Assembly: GCF_009914755.1 (NCBI RefSeq)
Contig: NC_060933.1
DNA: 64,000 nt
DNA from: the human T2T-CHM13v2.0 reference genome, Homo sapiens
Reading direction: 5' to 3' (one strand)
Positions 51,778-64,000 of this stretch are shown piece after piece. Numbering within the stretch: position 1 is the stretch's first letter; every line of letters starts with the position of its first letter. The notes beneath the pieces were generated by a model. The model saw nothing but the letters and a program-made list of their open reading frames with translations, did not search any database and had not been told where the DNA came from. The translations under genes and the position numbers were made by a program.

Positions 51778-51815
51778 TATATGTATATATATAAACATAT
51801 ATGTGTGCATGCATA

Positions 51816-51817
<2 letters not shown>

Positions 51818-51848
<31 letters not shown>
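51818..51848. repeat. (CA)n microsatellite
   Basis: Direct read. Confidence 0.95.
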
Positions 51849-51852
<4 letters not shown>

Positions 51853-52699
51853 TAACATTACCCTGGAAAGGTGAGGATGCAAGGAAATAAGGATTATCAT
51901 GTGCTCTTATATGAGGGTAAATTGGCACAATGTTTTAATAACAATTTAATTACATGAATAAAAAAGGAAGCGCTCAAACATGCATACTTTATTACATAAC
52001 AATTCTACATCTAGGGATTTATCATAAGGAAATAATCATGGTTATGCACAAAGATTTAGCTATAATCGTTCATTCCAGTAATATTTATAATACTGAGAGA
52101 GTGGAAACTACCATATTGTCTGTTATTAGGGGTTGGTTAAATAAGTGTGGCATAGGTTAAAAAGGGGTAAGAGTTATGTAAGCTTTAAACTGCAGCTCTT
52201 CTTCACTTCATGGATCTACACTTTGGCTTGGGAATCAATGAAAATCAGGCTAATTGCCTCTATGTCTCAGAGGTGGGTAGGGCAAAGTCAGCATTCTTAT
52301 TAGCAGAGGATTGCTAAAAGTGCTTGCTGTCTTCTTCAGGCCCAGGAGGGGTTCATCTAGAGCAGAGTGAGCCCTTGAGAGGCAAGAGGAGGACCTAGAT
52401 TCTTCCTTTTTGCTGTTTGTGGATTGCATTCTATAAATCTATCTTCTGGCAGGACTGACGTTTTTGTAACTCCAAGTGAGCCACAACAATGACTCCAATT
52501 ATAATGCCTGTCCTTGGACATGACAATTAAATTGGTCTTTACATTTTATTACATTACATTTGTCAGGGCAGTGTTTGACCAGGAGAACTCCCTATGGGAG
52601 GTGGGCCAGAGAGAAACCACATTGTATTTTTAGCCCAGCACTGATTTTTTTTACACAAAATCACAGGCAGCCCGGAGGCCTATTAGAAATCACCAGACT

Positions 52700-53005
52700 G
52701 GCTGGGCACGGTGACTCACACCCGTAATCCCAGCACTTTGGGAGGGTGAGGCAGACAGATCACTTGAGGCCAGGAGATCAAGACCAGCCTGGCCAACATG
52801 GTAAGACCCTGTCTCTACTAAAAGTAAAAAAATTCACAAGGCATGGTGGCGCATGCTTGTAATCCCAGCTACTCAGGAGGCTGAGACACGAGAATCCCTC
52901 GAATCCAGGAGGGAGAGGTTGCAGTGAGCCGTGATTGCGCTACTGCACTCTAGCCTGGGCAACAGAGGGAGACCCTGTCTCCAGAAAAAAAAAAGAACAA
53001 AAAAC
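52700..53005 (+). mobile_element. Alu (AluS-like)
   Basis: Full Alu; TSD agaa(a/g)tcaccaga at 52685 and 53006. Confidence 0.95.
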
Positions 53006-55260
53006 AGAAGTCACCAGATGGTCACCTGCCCTCTTGAGGAGTACATGTAAAAATCAGGAAGGCATTTGCACCTATTTTCCTTCAGTGATAATGAAAGCTT
53101 TATGGGGTAATTAAATATAATAATGTCTTCATTATTAGGGTGGGGAATTAGAGACTAAAACATTAAAAATGATGTCATCTTAGCTTTGTCTAATGTTCAT
53201 TTTTTTCAGAGGTTTTTCTCATTTATTTTCCACTTGCATCTTCAACATTAATTGTGTAGGATTAGTCTTCTCTGTCCCACCATGAAAAGAACATGAACTT
53301 TGCAATCAGACACACTTTGCTCTCAAAACAAGGGGGAAAAGTGAAAATGGGTGCAAGTGAAGATAAGGGTGTAGATGTGGATGTCGGAGAAGCTGTGAGC
53401 ATTCTTTCTGGGGGGCCTACATTTTCAGCGCAGAGCAGGGCAGTGATGTCTTCGGCTAAGGGTGAGAAGGACGTGGCTGAGGTGAGGGAAGAGCTGCTGT
53501 GGAAAGGAGGAGATACTATGGCTGGTTCGACATTAGCCAGTTCTGAAAATCAGCCACAATCTATGTAAGAGTCAGGCTCCTGTGCTGAGTTACCAAAATA
53601 CTCCATCAACAAACGTAAGGCAAAATGACAGGAAGCTTGTTGTAAACACAAGTCAAAGAAATGTTTGGTCCCATGCTATTAACTGGGGAGTTGCATCATG
53701 TCTCTCAGAATCGTATTTTAAGATACCTAAAGCAAAATAGGGAAAATGAGGGGGCTGTATAATGAAATACATTCTATCAGGGATCAGGAAGGGGTGTAAT
53801 GTTTCATACCCGAGTCTGCAACTGGCTGTTGTGTGAGCTGCTATCACAGGCTCTCTGGACCTGTTCTTCATTCTAAAAAATAGCTGATTCTGTGGTCCCT
53901 TCTGGAACCTCCCCTCCCCTTACAGTGGCCTAAAGATCAGAAAATAAAGCAGATTTCTGAAATCTTTGAGTTGAGAGATTTGGATGTTTACCATCCAAAT
54001 AGCAATGAAAAAGTTCAGCTACAGGCCTGTATTCTATCACAGTGTGGTCCCTAGCCCAGACCTGAAGGCTCCTGGGAGCAGAAAGACTTTCACACTGAGA
54101 AAAGCTGGAAGCTGCTTGATCTCTGTCGCTTGTAAGAGCCAAAAGTTGAATTAAATCAGATGGGTCTTTTAAAAAAGAAAAAACTAACCAGATGGGTCCT
54201 TTAAGAAAAAAAGTATTGGTCAGCTAAAAACTTATTTAAAAACACATGGTCATTCTGCCTTTTGTGGGAGATGAAGACCAAATATAGTATCTGCAGCAGG
54301 CATGCTTTTGCAATTTTGCAGCTATTTCTCAAAACAGTGCTAGGTTCTAAGAATGCTAAAGCCTCACACTTACTTTTCTAGATAAAGCTTCACTTAGTCT
54401 GCCTTCAGGGATTTGTAATAATTTCATCCATTTTGCCAAGTATCTCAATATTGAAATTTTTTAAAAACTCTATTACAACTTATTGTCAAACAGTTAAATG
54501 AATGCAATTACATCGTAGAGTATATCTTACAGATGTGTCAGTAGCATCTTAATGAAGGGCTCTGGAATTTCACTGACTGGATTATAGTAATTTTGTGAAT
54601 AATTATGCCACCAACTCTGTAGTTGTCGTAACCAAATTTATCTGTGCAAATGATTTCAAAAGATTTTAACCTCATCAGAAGAAAAGTTAAATTTAACTCA
54701 AAATCAAACCGTCTGGGAAATTGTTGAGGTCTACCACTTATAATAAGAACTTAACTAGGTTCATTTTGTGAAAATGGGTAAGTTATGATATTGTTGGCAC
54801 AGGACTGAAATGTTTCTATCCAAATATAGAAGGCAATTTCTGGAAGCTATCATTTACATGCTAATTATAGGCCTAAATGGGGCCATTCAATTGGTAAAGT
54901 AGATGGTGGATTAACCCAACAACCTAGTCTACCATGTCTATCAAGCAGGTCATGGAATCTACTCTAAAAGGCAGTGAAAAAATATTTAATACAGCCAGTG
55001 TTTAGTTCTTTAACACAAACAGTCCTTTTGAACTATATAACAAAGATTTGATTTGATTTGACTTCACAGCACCCAACAAAATTTATTTCCTCCATTTCCT
55101 GGCAAAATTCTATTCATTATATTTGGTAGTTGTTAAACTATAACATCCTATAAAGTGAAAAGCAATAACCCTGATTATTTTAAAACCTATCTTGATTTGG
55201 TTTGAGAACATGAATTCCTGACATACCTGATTCTCTACTTTTTCTTTCCTGGGTACTTTT

Positions 55261-55552
55261 GTTTTGTTTTGTTTTTTTAAGACAGGATCTCACTCTGTCA
55301 CCCAGGCTGGAGTGCAGTGATGTGATCACAGTTCACTGCAGCCTCAACCTCCCGGGCCGAGGTGATCCTTCCACCTCAACCTCCTGAGTAACTGGAACTA
55401 CAGGTGTACACCACCGTGCCCAGCTAATTTTTTATACTTTTAGTAGAGAGGGGGTTTTGCCATGTTGCTCAGGCTGGTCTCGAACTGGCTGCAATCTGCC
55501 TGCCTTGGCCTCCCAAAGTGTTGGGAACAGGCATGAGCCATGGCACCTGGAC
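55261..55552 (-). mobile_element. Alu (AluJ-like)
   Basis: Full Alu; TSD tc(c/a)tgggtacttt on both sides. Confidence 0.95.
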
Positions 55553-55997
55553 TCATGGGTACTTTAACCAGGAACTTTTATGAACTTTGACAGGCCTAGG
55601 GGCAGTCTGACCCCTTGGACTAACACAACCTTGTAGGTGGGTTTCCACACAGACCTCCTCCTAATCAACCACCCCCCTCAAAAAAAAAAAAAAAAACTTT
55701 AGAAGAGACTTAAAATTATATACTATGAGGAGCATTTGCTCAGTGACCTTTTAGGTTCTGCTGCCTGTCATTATGTTGTTTCTAGAGAGCAGATCATTGT
55801 TTTTTTGAAAGGGAGAAAGATGAAAATAAAGAGGAGATTCTATTGTCCTTTAATAATTACAGTTTTCTAAAGCAGGAAATTGGAACAATAAATCCTTGAT
55901 AATCCAGGGGATGATTATTCAGTTTGGGTATTAGTCCATCTGCCTTGCATTTCTGCTCCTTTACCTTTTGTTTCCAGGGCTTCAGGGCTTCTGGATA

Positions 55998-56307
55998 TTT
56001 CTTTCTTTCTTTTTTTTTTTTTTTTTTTAGACAGAGTCTTGCTCTGTCACGAAGGCTGGAGTGAAGTGGCACCATCTTGCCTCACTGCAACCTTTGCCTC
56101 CTGGGTTCAAGTGACTCTCCTGCCTCAGCCTCCTGATTAGCTGGGACTACAGGCGTGAGCCACCATGCCCAGCTAATTTTTGTATTTATGTAGAGACAAG
56201 GTTTCGCAATGTTGGCCAGGCTGGTTTTGAACTCCTGACTCAAGTGATGCGCCTGCCTTGGCCTCCCAAAGTGCTGGGATTATAGGCGTGAGCCACTGTG
56301 CCTGGCC
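55998..56307 (-). mobile_element. Alu (AluS-like)
   Basis: Long polyT plus full Alu body. Confidence 0.95.
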
Positions 56308-56453
56308 CATATTTCATCGCTTGTTAGAACAATCACCTGGTGATGTGTAGAGGAAGAGAAAACTAAATCTAGTCCATTTTTAGAACAGTCTTGTTCTGAG
56401 TGGAGAGAATAAATAGGTTGAAATCGACTGTGAATCCAAAAATCAGGTAACAG

Positions 56454-56772
<319 letters not shown>

Positions 56773-56853
56773 CTAGCACAAGGACTGCACGTAACAGGAA
56801 TTTAGTTAAGTGAGGTTTTATAATCCACACAGCAGTTTTCTACTACTCTTTAC

Positions 56854-57058
56854 CAGTGGTTCTCAGGGAGATTTTCCCCCAGTGGACATTTGGCAATGTC
56901 TGAAGAAGTTTTTGATTGTCATGACTTGGCAGTGATGCTGGCATCTAATGAGTAGAGGTTACAGTTGCTGCTAAACATCCTACAATGCACAGGGCAGTCC
57001 TCCATAACAAAGAATTATCTGGCCCAAAACGTCAGTAGTGCTGAGGTAGCAATACTCT
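56854..57058 (+). mobile_element. MER20 (hAT-Charlie)
   Basis: cagtggttctc...gacatttggcaatgtctg...gctgctaaacatcctacaatgcacag...agaattatctggcccaaaacgtc. Confidence 0.88.
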
Positions 57059-57420
57059 GTTGTGGATTTTAAAAAGCATGTATACTATGTATTTTTAGTA
57101 TAGTAGAGAGTAAGTTAAGTAATATTGTTGATCCCTCCTTGACTGTATTTAAAATTATTTCTTTGCAAATATGTTTTTACAGCTCTCCTTTCATTGCCTG
57201 TTTGTGTTTCCAGTCTAGGCAGATTTCCTCGGCTATGAATATTCTCCATCAGGACAAACATTTTAAAGTATTATCAGAACCTAAGGACTGGGATCTTGAG
57301 TACATGGAGACATTGATTTACATAAATTTAATTTGTCCCTAACTTTTAAGAGATTTGCATAAAATCAGGAATACCTTTCTAAGGGATATCACTTAACTTG
57401 GCCCCTCATCTTCTTTCCCC

Positions 57421-57707
57421 TTCTTTTTTTTAATTAATTGTTTTTGAGAGACAGGGTCTCACTCTGTCATCTAGGCTGGAGTACAGTGGCGTGATCATGG
57501 CTCACTGCAGCCTCCAACTCCTGGGTTCAAGAGAGCTTCCCGCCTCAGCCTTTCAAGTACCTGGACTACAAGCGCACACAGCTAATTTTTAAAATTCTTT
57601 TGTAGAGATGGAACCTCTCTATGCTGCCCAGGTTGATCTTCAACTCCTGGCCTCAAGTGATCCTACTGTCTCAGCCTCCCAAAGTGCTGGGATTATAGAT
57701 GTGAGCC
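57421..57707 (-). mobile_element. Alu (AluJ-like), 5' end clipped
   Basis: Alu body ends at gtgagcc and abuts an AT-only tract. Confidence 0.93.
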
Positions 57708-58469
57708 TATAATTAATATAATTAATATTTAATTTAATATTTAATATAATATTTAATATTTAAGAGGGTATGGTACCCTCTTAAATAGATACTAATATAC
57801 ATTTAAGCTAAGATTTTTTCTAGTCTTAGAGATGTTCCACTTGCTTCGAAATACTGCCTACAATGAAATAAACACTGTTTTTAAGAAAGATCTATAAATA
57901 AGAGGTTAATCCCCTCAAGAATTTAGACTATGACTAATTCCCTTCTTGTTATGTTCTTAACTGGACCCAGAGGGTAAGTCCTTAAGAACAGGACAAGATG
58001 TTTGACTTATTCTTTGTCCTGCCTCAACCAGGCCCACTCATCCGCTTGCCCAGTCACCAACTACCCTAAAATAACCTCTCCACCTCAAGGAGCATACAAA
58101 ATGTAAAATGGCAGCCCCAAAATAAGCGCTGACATGATCAGCATTACTAATAGCCAGGCAGAAAATCCAGTGTGTTAGATCAAACAGGCTGATCTGGTTG
58201 TGCTTCTTTTGTGTGTTAAAATACTGACAGACAACTGCCAAGCAAATTTGGGGATTAAGGCCGTCATTTGAACCTAGTCAGTAGCTGACTAACCTTAGGG
58301 ATCTTTTATCAGACAGAACAACACATGGTCTGGCTAATGTTTTAAGTGTGGAAAAAGCGCTAAGGTAGAACAACCTAGACGTCTGCTATTGTCCAAAACA
58401 TGCTTAACATTTCATTCAACCCACTGTGGCAATTCACGAAGTATTTGGAATATCCAAAAGGAGCCAGGG

Positions 58470-58652
58470 AAGTCTATCCAATAGAACTTTCTGTAATGAG
58501 GAAATGCTGCATACCTGCTGTGTCCAATTCAGTTAACCATGAGCTGCATGTGGCCACTGAGCATCTTCGAATGTGGCTCGTGTGACTGAATACATGAATT
58601 TTTAATTTAATTTTAATAGACACATGTACCTAGTGGCTATCATAATAGACAA
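58470..58652 (+). mobile_element. MER3-like hAT-Charlie relic
   Basis: tccaatagaactttctgtaatgaggaaatg...catgtggccactgagca...cacatgtacctagtggcta. Confidence 0.8.
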
Positions 58653-58742
58653 GATCATCTAGGAAATAATAATGACTGATTATTCCACATCTTAATTGTA
58701 AATATCCTGATTCCTTTTTCTTGTGTCAAATATAAATATAAA

Positions 58743-59264
<522 letters not shown>

Positions 59265-60989
59265 TTATTTTGTCTTATTTTATTTAGTTTTTTCACTTAA
59301 CATTATGAGAGGAATATATTTCTGTACTATGAAATAATATGCCCAAGTTATCAAATCTGACAATGGCCAGTTTCTTAGATAATTGTGCCGTAGTTCATTT
59401 ATTTCTTCTATTTTTAAAATTCTGGGTGTTTGCTTGCTTACTTGCTTGTATGGTTTTATGGTCACTATAAAACAATGCTATAGTAAACATATGAAAGCAT
59501 GTTAATATTTCTCTTCTTTGGAATTTATTACCATGCCAAATGTTTGAGTTTTATGTAGGTAATGATTTAGATGGTGAACCATTTCACTACCACATATTCA
59601 TTTTGAAAAGGTACTTTTTTAGTATACTTGTGAAAAATAGACTTTAAAGCTACCCCCCACACCCCATAAAATAAAGCCAAGACTCTTCTGTCTGCACCAC
59701 AATTAATTCAGTAAATTATGAGATGGATTAATATTCCTTCCCATATAACAAAAAAAGTTACTGCTAAAATATAACCGCATTCAGGGCTGATGACACAGAC
59801 CTTTGCTTTACAAACAGGGAATAAGTTCCCAGTAGTAAACTCTGCAAGTAAAATATTTTACATGTTCAGATCATCTCTAGAATCTATAAACATGAGAAAA
59901 TTAACAGAAGTAAACGAGAAAAAAAAATCCACCCTGTTTTGTTTTGTTCTTTGTATATATACAGAGTTATACATTGTGACAAGTCCAAACTATCCTTTTT
60001 ATAATTGAAAGCAATATGAATACAGTGCAAGTAAACCTTCACACATCTTACAATTAGTAATTATCCAGAAGGTCTTGGATTAAGACATTTTATATTTTGC
60101 ATACTGGTAAGCTGTCACATGATCTTTACATTTCCTTTTAAATAAATTCTATATTCTAATGACTCTGATCATCAAAAAGCAAAAGAACCCTACTGATAAA
60201 ACAATAAATTTAAAACATAACATTTTAAACTAGAGCCTAAAAAAATCAAGTGTTCTCATTATTTGTAAGTTGGGTTTCAACTTCTGTTATATCCTTTGTC
60301 TGTTTGAATTAGATTTGTAATTGAGGGATTCAATGAACATGGACTAAATGAGCTTGTGCTACGTAAACATTGTGATACATTCAAAGCAGCTTTGTAATCT
60401 GCAAGTACAGTGAAAATCTAAAACAAATGTTTTTAAAAGGTCTCTTAGCTCATCCTATATATGAAAAGTAGCCTTTAAAATTTGCCTGATGGAAAGAAAT
60501 CCAAGACTTTTCTGTCTTTCTCTGGAACAGTAGATTTAATAATTTATGGTATGGATTTGTTTTTCCTTCACAGACAACAATAAAAATGTTTGGACTGATA
60601 AAATAACTGCATTTAGGGCTTTTATTAGTGACACCAACTGGGAACACAGATCTTTGTCTTTGGAAATGGAACATAAGCCTCCAGATGGCAAATCACCAGG
60701 ACTTTGTTCACAATGTGAATGAAGCATGTTGCCAGAAAGTCATTTCCAAAAAATCAATAGTGTTTGTACTGGAAATGTTTGAAAAATGCTCAGAAAACCA
60801 TCAAGTCTATATGTACTTTGTGGATTATCTGGGGAAAATGTTTAAAACCTGACAGGCATTTCTCTGTCACGCAGTTAACTTCTTGCTTTCCTCACTCTTC
60901 CTGTCAATTCTTTACGAAATGCCACTAATTTCAGCATTAGTATGCACAATATATCGTTATATTCTGCTCAAATATATTAAGTAATTCTA

Positions 60990-61292
<303 letters not shown>

Positions 61293-61481
61293 AAGTAATT
61301 CCAGGGTTTTATGCAGATGGTAACCATTCTTCTTCCTACTGTGTTCTGTTGTTCATACGGACGCTGAAGAGCTGCTTGTAGTTTGCCTATGCTCGCCTGC
61401 TGTGCTAAGTGAATCCCAGGTTGTTAGGAGTTTCCAGTTTTCAGTTAACAGAATTCATAGCTTTATTTTTACGAATTTCAG

Positions 61482-61575
61482 GTGGTTTTCATGAGCCTAT
61501 GCAAAAGTTTCTGGGACTGTGGGCTTGTAGCCCTGGATGACATTACAATACAATTGGGAAGCTGCTCATCTTCAG
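61482..61575 (+). CDS. MAMDC2: MAMDC2 exon 10 (94 nt, phase 0 to 1), MAM3 C-terminus VVFMSLCKSFWDCGLVALDDITIQLGSCSSS
   Basis: Absent from the ORF track and read by eye. Acceptor atttcAG at 61480-61481; donor CAG|gtaaga at 61576; ALDDI motif; same length and phases as exon 7. Confidence 0.95.
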
Positions 61576-62659
61576 GTAAGACGGCAATCATTTTAGCTCT
61601 CTGTCTCTCTGACCTATACATACATTTCCTGTATCGCTGAGAATCACATACATTTCATCTGTGCTAGTCCATCCTTTGCTTTTGTTGACAAAGTGTCTCC
61701 TGCAGAGCTGTGTAGCAGGCTTTGAAATTTAGAAATGATGATTCCAGTGTAATATGTGTCTTTGTACATGTGACTTAACCCCTTTATCCTCATTTGGAAG
61801 GGAACTAGTGGTATCTACCTGAATATTGGGGATAATACATACATTTTCCACAAAACAGTGCTTTAAAAACAAATATCTTCTACTATAATTATTACTATTA
61901 CTGTTGTTTTTGTTATCTTACATGAATGCAGATTTTCAAGCAATATTAATGAAATTTTTATTTCACAGATACTTGCTAAGCATGTAATTTAAAAATTTTA
62001 ATAAACATTTTCTAAGTGAATTAAATGACAGTGGAACAATAGACCAAGCAATGATGATAGTAGCAAAATAAAGTCATGGTAGCTAGCTATGTGTCATACA
62101 TTACGCCTAATGAGAAAATGGTGCATAACTCAATCCCAATCATTGATCTGTATCTGCTAATTACCATTGCATCCTACATCATAGGACATCCATTTCTTTG
62201 ACACACAGGCAAATCGTGGTATCAGTCTGGTGCTGGAGAATAATCTCCATGTTTATTTAATTAAAAGACAATTTGTTCTTAGTCTCTTAATTTGCCAGGC
62301 ACTGCAAGGACAACCCAGATAAAAATCGTTCCAGTCAAGGCATAGAAGAAAGAATGAGGTTTCATTAACCAGTACTGTGTGTAAAATAAAATGAAGTAAA
62401 ACAGTGATCACAAAAGAGACATATGAAACAAGCTATTTATTAGAAAAATTTGGCTAAGAATCTGGATATAGGGAGGTACAACCAAGTTTAGTCAAAGGAA
62501 AAGTCCCCAATAAATTGGGAAGAAGCACCATTCTAATAATTATGAATGTTATTGAAGATAGCATTCAAAGACATAAACATTGGATTTGGGAAAAGGAAAA
62601 TAAACCTCTGGGTGGCAAAATAAGTTCTCAAATTTAATTATTGAGAACTTCACATTAAA

Positions 62660-62800
62660 AATGATCACTTTACATATACCATCTCATTTAATCCTCACAG
62701 ACCCATGAAGTGACTACCATCAATATTCCCACATTAGAGATAAGAACTCTAAGGCACAGAGAAGTGAAGTCATTTGTTCCACACAGCTATGCCTCCAGGA
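62660..62800 (-). mobile_element. MIR SINE
   Basis: atctcatttaatcctcac...agataagaactctaaggcacagagaagtgaagtcatttg. Confidence 0.75.
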
Positions 62801-63258
62801 GTCCATTTAGCACTCTCACATTCTCCCCTACCTACAAAGCAACTGTGGAGTTGTTATGAGGATACCCTTCACTCATCCAGGATTTCTGAAGAAAGTGCCT
62901 GCATTATGAAATTTTATTATTTTCCATATTTTCATAAAGGCAATATACCTATAATTTCCAGAGCTTTATAAAAAGAAATTCACAAAAATTCACAAGTCAG
63001 AGAAAGTTTTTTTCTCAAAGTAGCCCAGTATTTTAGATCTGTATATCTGATTGTTCTCTATGTCTGTGGCAGGACCCGCAGTGGAATGCAGCCTCTAGCT
63101 GGAAGCAGTGGCTCCGTGTAGGTGGGCCACCAGTGGGGGCTGCCTCTCCATCGCATGGCATATGGCCAGACAACATTCATACATGCAGAGTGGGCTGCTA
63201 GCAACACAGAGTCATTGAAAGAGTCTCAGTGATTGCAACATCTGCTATTTTCTTGCAG

Positions 63259-63411
63259 AGAAACTTCCACCTCCACCTGGAGAGTGTACTTTCGAGCAAG
63301 ATGAATGTACATTTACTCAGGAGAAAAGAAACCGGAGCAGCTGGCACAGGAGGAGGGGAGAAACTCCCACTTCCTACACAGGACCAAAGGGAGATCACAC
63401 TACTGGGGTAG
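63259..63411 (+). CDS. MAMDC2: MAMDC2 exon 11 (153 nt, phase 1 to 1), linker and MAM4 N-terminus EKLPPPPGECTFEQDECTF...GPKGDHTTGV
   Basis: Acceptor ttttcttgcAG at 63257-63258; donor TAG|gtgagt at 63412. The correct frame differs from the listed ORF 63229..63411. Confidence 0.95.
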   Translation, partial: RNFHLHLESVLSSKMNVHLLRRKETGAAGTGGGEKLPLPTQDQREITLLG

Positions 63412-64000
63412 GTGAGTTATGCCACGTGGTGCTGTTTCCTAAGGAAAGCTTCTAAAATAGCATTCTAGGAATCGTTTACTGCATTTTGAAATGTGCAAAA
63501 TTATGTCTTGTGTCTAGAATGAAATGCACTTGTGATTCTACACACACAGGATGATTTGATATGGGCATTGAATATCTCATCCTTTCTGTTTATTACATTG
63601 CTTATGTACATTGCTGCAGCAAGGATCTAACAGGGCTTACAAAGTTCTGCACACAAAGAATAGAAGTAAGTTAAAAGGTAAAAGAGAGGGACAAAGTAGG
63701 GGAAAAAATGGTAATCTAAATTGGAGCCAGGGCCGAGGCCTAATATACAAAATATATTGGCAGACAAAGGAAGAGGCATACAGGTTTGACTCCAAGCTTT
63801 CAGTAGCCAAAACGCACCTGTAAAACATGATTCACAGAATGAGCAGTCCACGTGGGTGGGCTATAAGCAATGATGGGGTGCATTTTCTGTAGAAAATGTA
63901 TAAACTGCAATAAAACAGAGTAAGAGTTCATCTACTTCATATTACCAACATGTATCAGCAATTGTAAACATTGTCAGGGACAAAATATGTCCCGTAGGCC

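Noticed and set aside
59560-60960. AT-rich unique stretch resembling a 3' UTR or retrocopy
   Set aside because: I found no polyA tail, TSD or recognisable ORF; a BLAST search would be needed to support it
63229-63411. ORF-track translation across exon 11
   Set aside because: Wrong frame; the spliced frame gives the MAM motif ECTFEQDECTF

Overview
Human-type (primate, Alu-rich, CpG-poor) genomic DNA lying entirely inside one + strand protein-coding gene that I recognise as MAMDC2 (MAM domain-containing 2). Nine coding exons (980-1251, 2489-2573, 5764-5901, 18938-19194, 24293-24386, 32917-33060, 36326-36591, 61482-61575, 63259-63411) have canonical AG/GT ends and join in one frame (1503 nt, 501 codon-equivalents). 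They encode most of MAM1, all of MAM2 and MAM3, and the start of MAM4. The start codon, stop codon and promoter lie outside the window. Exon numbers 3-11 are from memory of the human gene. The rest is intron, filled with about 18 Alus, L1 fragments, L2/MIR relics, MaLR/ERV solo LTRs, hAT/Tigger DNA-transposon relics and microsatellites. Repeat subfamily names were assigned by eye and need RepeatMasker confirmation. Minus-strand splice and polyA signals in the 24.9-kb intron fit an antisense lncRNA, probably MAMDC2-AS1. I see no evidence for a wholly new biological system. The best leads are a three-exon-per-domain architecture, candidate recursive splice sites, a tandem Alu pair enclosed by one target-site duplication (TSD), inverted repeat pairs around exons, and several palindromes.
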